Source of the DNA: Spirochaetia bacterium
GTDB lineage: Bacteria; Spirochaetota; Spirochaetia; SZUA-6; Bin103
Reading direction: 5' to 3'
Assembly: GCA_965208575.1 (NCBI GenBank)
Contig: CBDBOV010000003.1
Coordinates: 448,001-512,000 of the forward strand
DNA length: 64,000 bases
The translations under genes and the position numbers were made by a program. Within the stretch, counting starts at the first letter, position 1. Each line of letters opens with the position of its first letter. Below the pieces are notes generated by a model. It worked only from the letters and a program-made list of their open reading frames with translations, made no database searches and was not told where the DNA came from. This document shows positions 60,269-64,000 of the stretch, one piece after another.

Positions 60269-61075
60269 ATGGCCAGCCCGCCGCTCGCTCCCGCCAAGGT
60301 TCACTACCCCTCATCCGACGGCAAGCCGATGGCGGAAAGCGACTTCCAACGCACCCCGCTGACCTACGCCGTGGACCGGCTGCGGCAGCACTTTCGCAGC
60401 CGCCGGGACGTGTACGTGTCGGGCAACCTGCTGCTGTACTACGAGGAGGGCAATCCGCGGGCGGTAGTGGCGCCGGACGTGTTCGTGGTGCTGGGGGCGT
60501 CCAGCGCCGACCGGTCCATCTACCGGCTGTGGGATGAGCCCAAGGGGCCTGACTTCGTGCTGGAGATCACTTCGCGCACGACCTACCGCGAAGACCAGGG
60601 ACGCAAGCGCGAGTTGTACCGGTCGCTCGGCGTGCAGGAGTACTGGCAATACGACCCGACGGGCGACTACCTGGAGCCGCGGCTGCAGGGCCTGGAGTTG
60701 AGCGCGGGGGAGTATCGGCGGCTGCCGGGGAGGGAGTTGGCGGGCGGCACGCTGGCGCTGGCGAGCGGTGTGCTGGGGCTGGAGTTGCGACTGACCGAGC
60801 GCGGGCTGCGGTTCCACGACTCGGAGGCCGGAATGGATCTGCCGAACCTGGCGGAAACCGACGAGGCGAGGGAGCGTGAGCGGCAGGGGCGAGAGCGTGA
60901 GCGGCAGGGGCGGCAAGCGGCAGAGAAGCGCCTCGCGGAGGAAGCGGCAGCGCGCGAGCAGGAAGCGGCAGCGCGCGAAGCCGCTGAAGCAAGGGTGGCC
61001 GAGCTGGAGGCCTTGTTGCGCCGGGAGCGCGGCAGCGATACCGGTCAGGAGGGGAATCGAGCGGCACCTCGGTAG
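60269..61075 (+). CDS. Uma2 family PD-(D/E)xK nuclease with C-terminal coiled-coil tail
   Basis: YPSSDGKPMAE, APDVFVV, PDFVLEITS, GVQEYWQYDP; RBS GGAGG. Confidence 0.93.
   Translation: MASPPLAPAKVHYPSSDGKPMAESDFQRTPLTYAVDRLRQHFRSRRDVYVSGNLLLYYEEGNPRAVVAPDVFVVLGASSADRSIYRLWDEPKGPDFVLEITSRTTYREDQGRKRELYRSLGVQEYWQYDPTGDYLEPRLQGLELSAGEYRRLPGRELAGGTLALASGVLGLELRLTERGLRFHDSEAGMDLPNLAETDEARERERQGRERERQGRQAAEKRLAEEAAAREQEAAAREAAEARVAELEALLRRERGSDTGQEGNRAAPR
60869..60982 (+). repeat. 21-bp coding tandem repeats in the Uma2 tail
   Basis: RERERQG x2 and EAAARE(Q) x2. Confidence 0.75.
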
Positions 61076-61147
61076 GGCGACGTCCGGTGTCCCTCGGGAT
61101 ACGGGTGGCAACCGGAGCACCATCCATTCCGTCCGGACCGTTGGTAG
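61072..61147 (+). repeat. Dispersed hairpin element, copy C (GTAG-started, REP-like)
   Basis: gtagGGCGACgtccggtgtCCCTCGGgatac...ccgttggtag; its TAG is the Uma2 stop codon. Confidence 0.45.
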
Positions 61148-61234
61148 CGCGATGCCCGGCTCGCTCCTGGCCAGCGCACGGCGGGCGGGTAGCGTTGACG
61201 ATCGCCTCGGTGGAGGGGAACCGTACCGGTGCTC

Positions 61235-62638
61235 ATGGGTGAGGCGAAACGCGACGTGTGCGTCGATTTGTGCGTGCGCGGTGCTGAACTACTGGTGACG
61301 ATGGATGGCTGCCGCCGTGAGATACCGGGGGGCTGGGTAGCGATCCGCAACGGCATGATCAGCGCGGTGGGGCGGCCGGGGCGGGAGCCGGCGGCGGAGC
61401 GGGTGATCGACGCCGCGGGCTGCCTGGTGACGCCGGGCCTGGTCAACACCCATCACCACCTGTTCCAGAACCTGACGCGCGCGTTCGCGCCGGCGCTGAG
61501 CGGCAACCTGTTCGACTGGCTGCGCGCCCTGTACCCGGTGTGGAGCAGGCTCGACGAGGAGGCAGCGTACGTATCCGCCTGGATCGGCCTGTGCGAGTTG
61601 GCGCTCGGCGGCTGCACCACCACCACAGATCACCTGTACCTCCATCCGCGCGGCGCCGGCGACCTGATCGGCGCCGAGATCGCAGCCGCGCGCGAACTCG
61701 GATTCCGGTTCCACCCCACGCGCGGGTCGATGAGCTTGTCGGTGAAGGACGGCGGCCTGCCGCCCGACGAGATGGTGCAGGATGAGGACGAAATTCTGGC
61801 CGACTCGCAGCGGCTGGTCGCTGCGCACCACGATCCCGCCCCGGGGGCGATGGTGCGCGTTGCGCTGGCGCCGTGCTCGCCGTTCTCGGTCACCCCGGAG
61901 CTGATGCGGCGCACCGCGGAGCTGGCGGAGCGCCTGGACGTGCGCCTGCACACCCACCTGGCGGAGGATCGGGACGAGAACGGCTACTGCGAGGCGGCGT
62001 TCGGTTGCCGGCCCGTCGAGCACTTCGAACGGGTTGGCTGGGGCTCCGGCCGCGCCTGGGTCGCGCATTGCGTGCATCCCAACCCGGCGGAAATCGCACG
62101 GCTGGGGAGCTGGGGAACCGGGGTGGCGCACTGCCCGAGTTCCAACCAGATTCTCGGTGCCGGTCTGGCCCCGGTGCGCGAGCTGCGCGACGCGGGTGTG
62201 CCGGTCGGGATCGGCTGCGACGGCTCGGCGTCGGCGGACAGCGCGTCTCTGTGGCTGGAGACCCGCGCCGCCCTGTTGCTGGCGCGGCTGCGCGGCGGGG
62301 CGCGGGCGATGAGTGCGCGCGAGGCGCTGGAGATGGCGACGCTGGGCGGCGCCGCCTGCCTGGGCCGCGACGACATCGGCGCGCTGGAACCGGGCCGAGC
62401 GGGCGATGTGGTCGTCTGGCCGTGCGGCGATGCGGGAGGTGTGACGTTCGCCGGTGCGCTGTCCGATCCGGTCGAGGCACTGCTGCGCTGCGGTCCCGTC
62501 GTTCCCCGGCACACGATAGTGGCGGGGCGCTCGCTGGTCGAAGATGGCCGCCTGAAGGCCACCGGCGTCGACGACATGCTGCTTCGTCATCGAGGAATCG
62601 CCGCCGAGTGGCTCGCGGCCGCCGATTGCTCACCGTGA
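61235..62638 (+). CDS. 8-oxoguanine deaminase-like amidohydrolase
   Basis: PGLVNTHHHLFQNLTRA, GCTTTTDHLY, APCSPFSV, HTHLAE, HCPSSN, GCDGSAS. Confidence 0.9.
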   Translation: MGEAKRDVCVDLCVRGAELLVTMDGCRREIPGGWVAIRNGMISAVGRPGREPAAERVIDAAGCLVTPGLVNTHHHLFQNLTRAFAPALSGNLFDWLRALYPVWSRLDEEAAYVSAWIGLCELALGGCTTTTDHLYLHPRGAGDLIGAEIAAARELGFRFHPTRGSMSLSVKDGGLPPDEMVQDEDEILADSQRLVAAHHDPAPGAMVRVALAPCSPFSVTPELMRRTAELAERLDVRLHTHLAEDRDENGYCEAAFGCRPVEHFERVGWGSGRAWVAHCVHPNPAEIARLGSWGTGVAHCPSSNQILGAGLAPVRELRDAGVPVGIGCDGSASADSASLWLETRAALLLARLRGGARAMSAREALEMATLGGAACLGRDDIGALEPGRAGDVVVWPCGDAGGVTFAGALSDPVEALLRCGPVVPRHTIVAGRSLVEDGRLKATGVDDMLLRHRGIAAEWLAAADCSP

Positions 62639-63312
62639 ACGGAGAGGTGCTTCGCAGTGCGCTGGAACTACCTTGTGGTGCGAGCCTGAAGAATCGACTC
62701 GCGAAGTCCGCCATGTCGGATTCACTCGGAAACGGTGAAGGCGATCCTACCGAGGCGCAGATTCGACTCTACGAGAGATGGGCGGAAGGCGGAGCCGCGG
62801 TGTCGATAATTGGCGAAGTTCAAGGTGATCCCCGCTATCCGGAAAGACCTGGGAATCTGGTGCTCGGCGCGCATACCGATCAGCAGGCAATCGAGTCGTT
62901 GGTCAGCCGCGCCACGATCGAGTTTGCCAAACGCGCAAGGGGGGTAACCGATGTGCCGCTCATGTTGACGGGGGGATTCCGAAGGCGCACGCAGGCGGTG
63001 GATGCCGTGGCCAGTGGAACTGTCGACATGGTGAGTCTGGCACGCGCCATGATTCTGAATCCGCGGCTCGCCGAGGTCTGGTTGAGCGGCGACTACCGGG
63101 ATCCCGAGTTTCCGACATTCGAGTCGCCGCCCCCCAACGGGGTCACGGCGTGGTATTCCATGCGATTGACCGCACTGGGAGAGGATCGTGAGCACACGTT
63201 TGCGCTCGATCCTCAGTCTGCCTTGCGTGTCTATGAGGAACGTGACGCGCAACGCTGCCTGAGATGGCGACGGAAGTTTCCCGTTCCGCCGTCACACGCG
63301 ACGCACACTTGA
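62635..63312 (+). pseudogene. NADH:flavin oxidoreductase (old yellow enzyme family) with large in-frame internal deletion
   Basis: LKNRLAKSAMSD N-terminus joined near 62915 to EFAKRAR..PLMLTGGF..SLARA; no HxxH active-site segment; 225 aa. Confidence 0.78.
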
Positions 63313-63351
63313 TCCGCGCCTGCCGACCGGGCCTATAGTGCGCGCCACGAC

Positions 63352-63588
63352 ATGGACGTGATCGAGTATACCATCCACGGCATTCCCGCGGCTCTCGACG
63401 CGGCGTTGCGGCGGCGGGCGCGGGAGCGCGGAGCGAGCCTCAATCAAACGGTGATCGCCGCCCTGGCCGCTGCACTGGGAGTGGCAGAGGTGGGCGTCGA
63501 ACCGCGTTCGCGCAGTCCGGCTCACGCCGACGCAGAGCTTCCGCCCGGCATCGAGCAGGATGCTCTTGACGAAGGGGTCTGGCTGTAA
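63352..63588 (+). CDS. Small ribbon-helix-helix-like protein (orphan antitoxin-like)
   Basis: YTIHGIPAALDAALRRRARERGASLNQTVIAAL; TATAGT upstream; no toxin follows. Confidence 0.6.
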   Translation: MDVIEYTIHGIPAALDAALRRRARERGASLNQTVIAALAAALGVAEVGVEPRSRSPAHADAELPPGIEQDALDEGVWL

Positions 63589-63643
63589 CCCGCGCTCACC
63601 CGACCAGGTCGAATGAGGTGACTCCGGTAAACGGAGGTGCTGA

Positions 63644-63889
63644 CTATCCGGACTTGCTGTCGAGGTAGGCTACCACCTTCTTCAGCGTGTTGAGTTCGGC
63701 GCACTGGTCGGGCGAGAACTCCACACCGTATTCCTGGGCGATCAGCTTGGTCAGCGCGACGACGTCCGTTGACGGCACGCCAGCCTCGGTGAGGCTGATG
63801 TCGAGGTCGTCGGGGAGATCGATGGGCTTGCCATCCACTTCGATATTTTCGTTGACCAACGTCCTGATCCGTTCCGCGGTTGATGCCAT
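63644..63889 (-). CDS. Acyl carrier protein (SupB-like)
   Basis: Acidic 81 aa, SLTEAGVPSTDVV around the putative phosphopantetheine Ser, NTLKKVVAYLD; RBS AAGGAG. Confidence 0.8.
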   Translation of the reverse strand: MASTAERIRTLVNENIEVDGKPIDLPDDLDISLTEAGVPSTDVVALTKLIAQEYGVEFSPDQCAELNTLKKVVAYLDSKSG

Positions 63890-64000
63890 AGTCGTGACTC
63901 CTTATCGGTTTTTTATATCCTTGATAGGACCAGTACACTATGTCCTGTGGCCCCGAACCGCGTCAAGAGGTCCCGTGTCGGCGGAACCCGGTAATGGAAC

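Noticed and set aside
61072-61147. SAM riboswitch or HDV-like ribozyme reading of the hairpin element (GGCAACC, CCUCG)
   Set aside because: The other required conserved segments and pairings could not be found by eye

Overview
High-GC (about 70% by eye) bacterial chromosomal window with no rRNA, tRNA, CRISPR array, transposase or integrase that I can recognise. Gene content (several PhyH-type dioxygenases, sulfatase, family-5 ABC systems without ATPases, spondin and FN3/subtilase lipoproteins, Uma2, DUF4143 ATPases, a SupB-like ACP) resembles a marine-sponge symbiont, possibly a spirochaete; this is inference. Left part (1-19.7 kb): a decaying, rearranged catabolic/transport island. It holds a slightly diverged 2.9-kb direct duplication (Gfo/Idh/MocA oxidoreductase, amidohydrolase, PhyH) flanking a 6-kb lower-GC cargo, plus several internally deleted gene relics. 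Middle: subtilase, antiporter plus PTS-IIA/PII-like fusion, DsbA, a 2-oxoacid dehydrogenase operon running into cysteine synthase and a JAB peptidase, a ThiS-MoeB-rhodanese fusion, TRAP and NCS2 transporters. Right: leuC-leuD-ilvD carrying two lower-GC ABC-ATPase plus nuclease pairs (TOPRIM-like DUF3226; PIN), which are the best candidates for uncharacterised defence modules. Non-coding signals include recoded duplicates of gene 3' ends, a dispersed hairpin family, operator-like palindromes and pervasive leaderless-type promoters. Several single-base frameshifts in short homopolymers may be sequencing errors.
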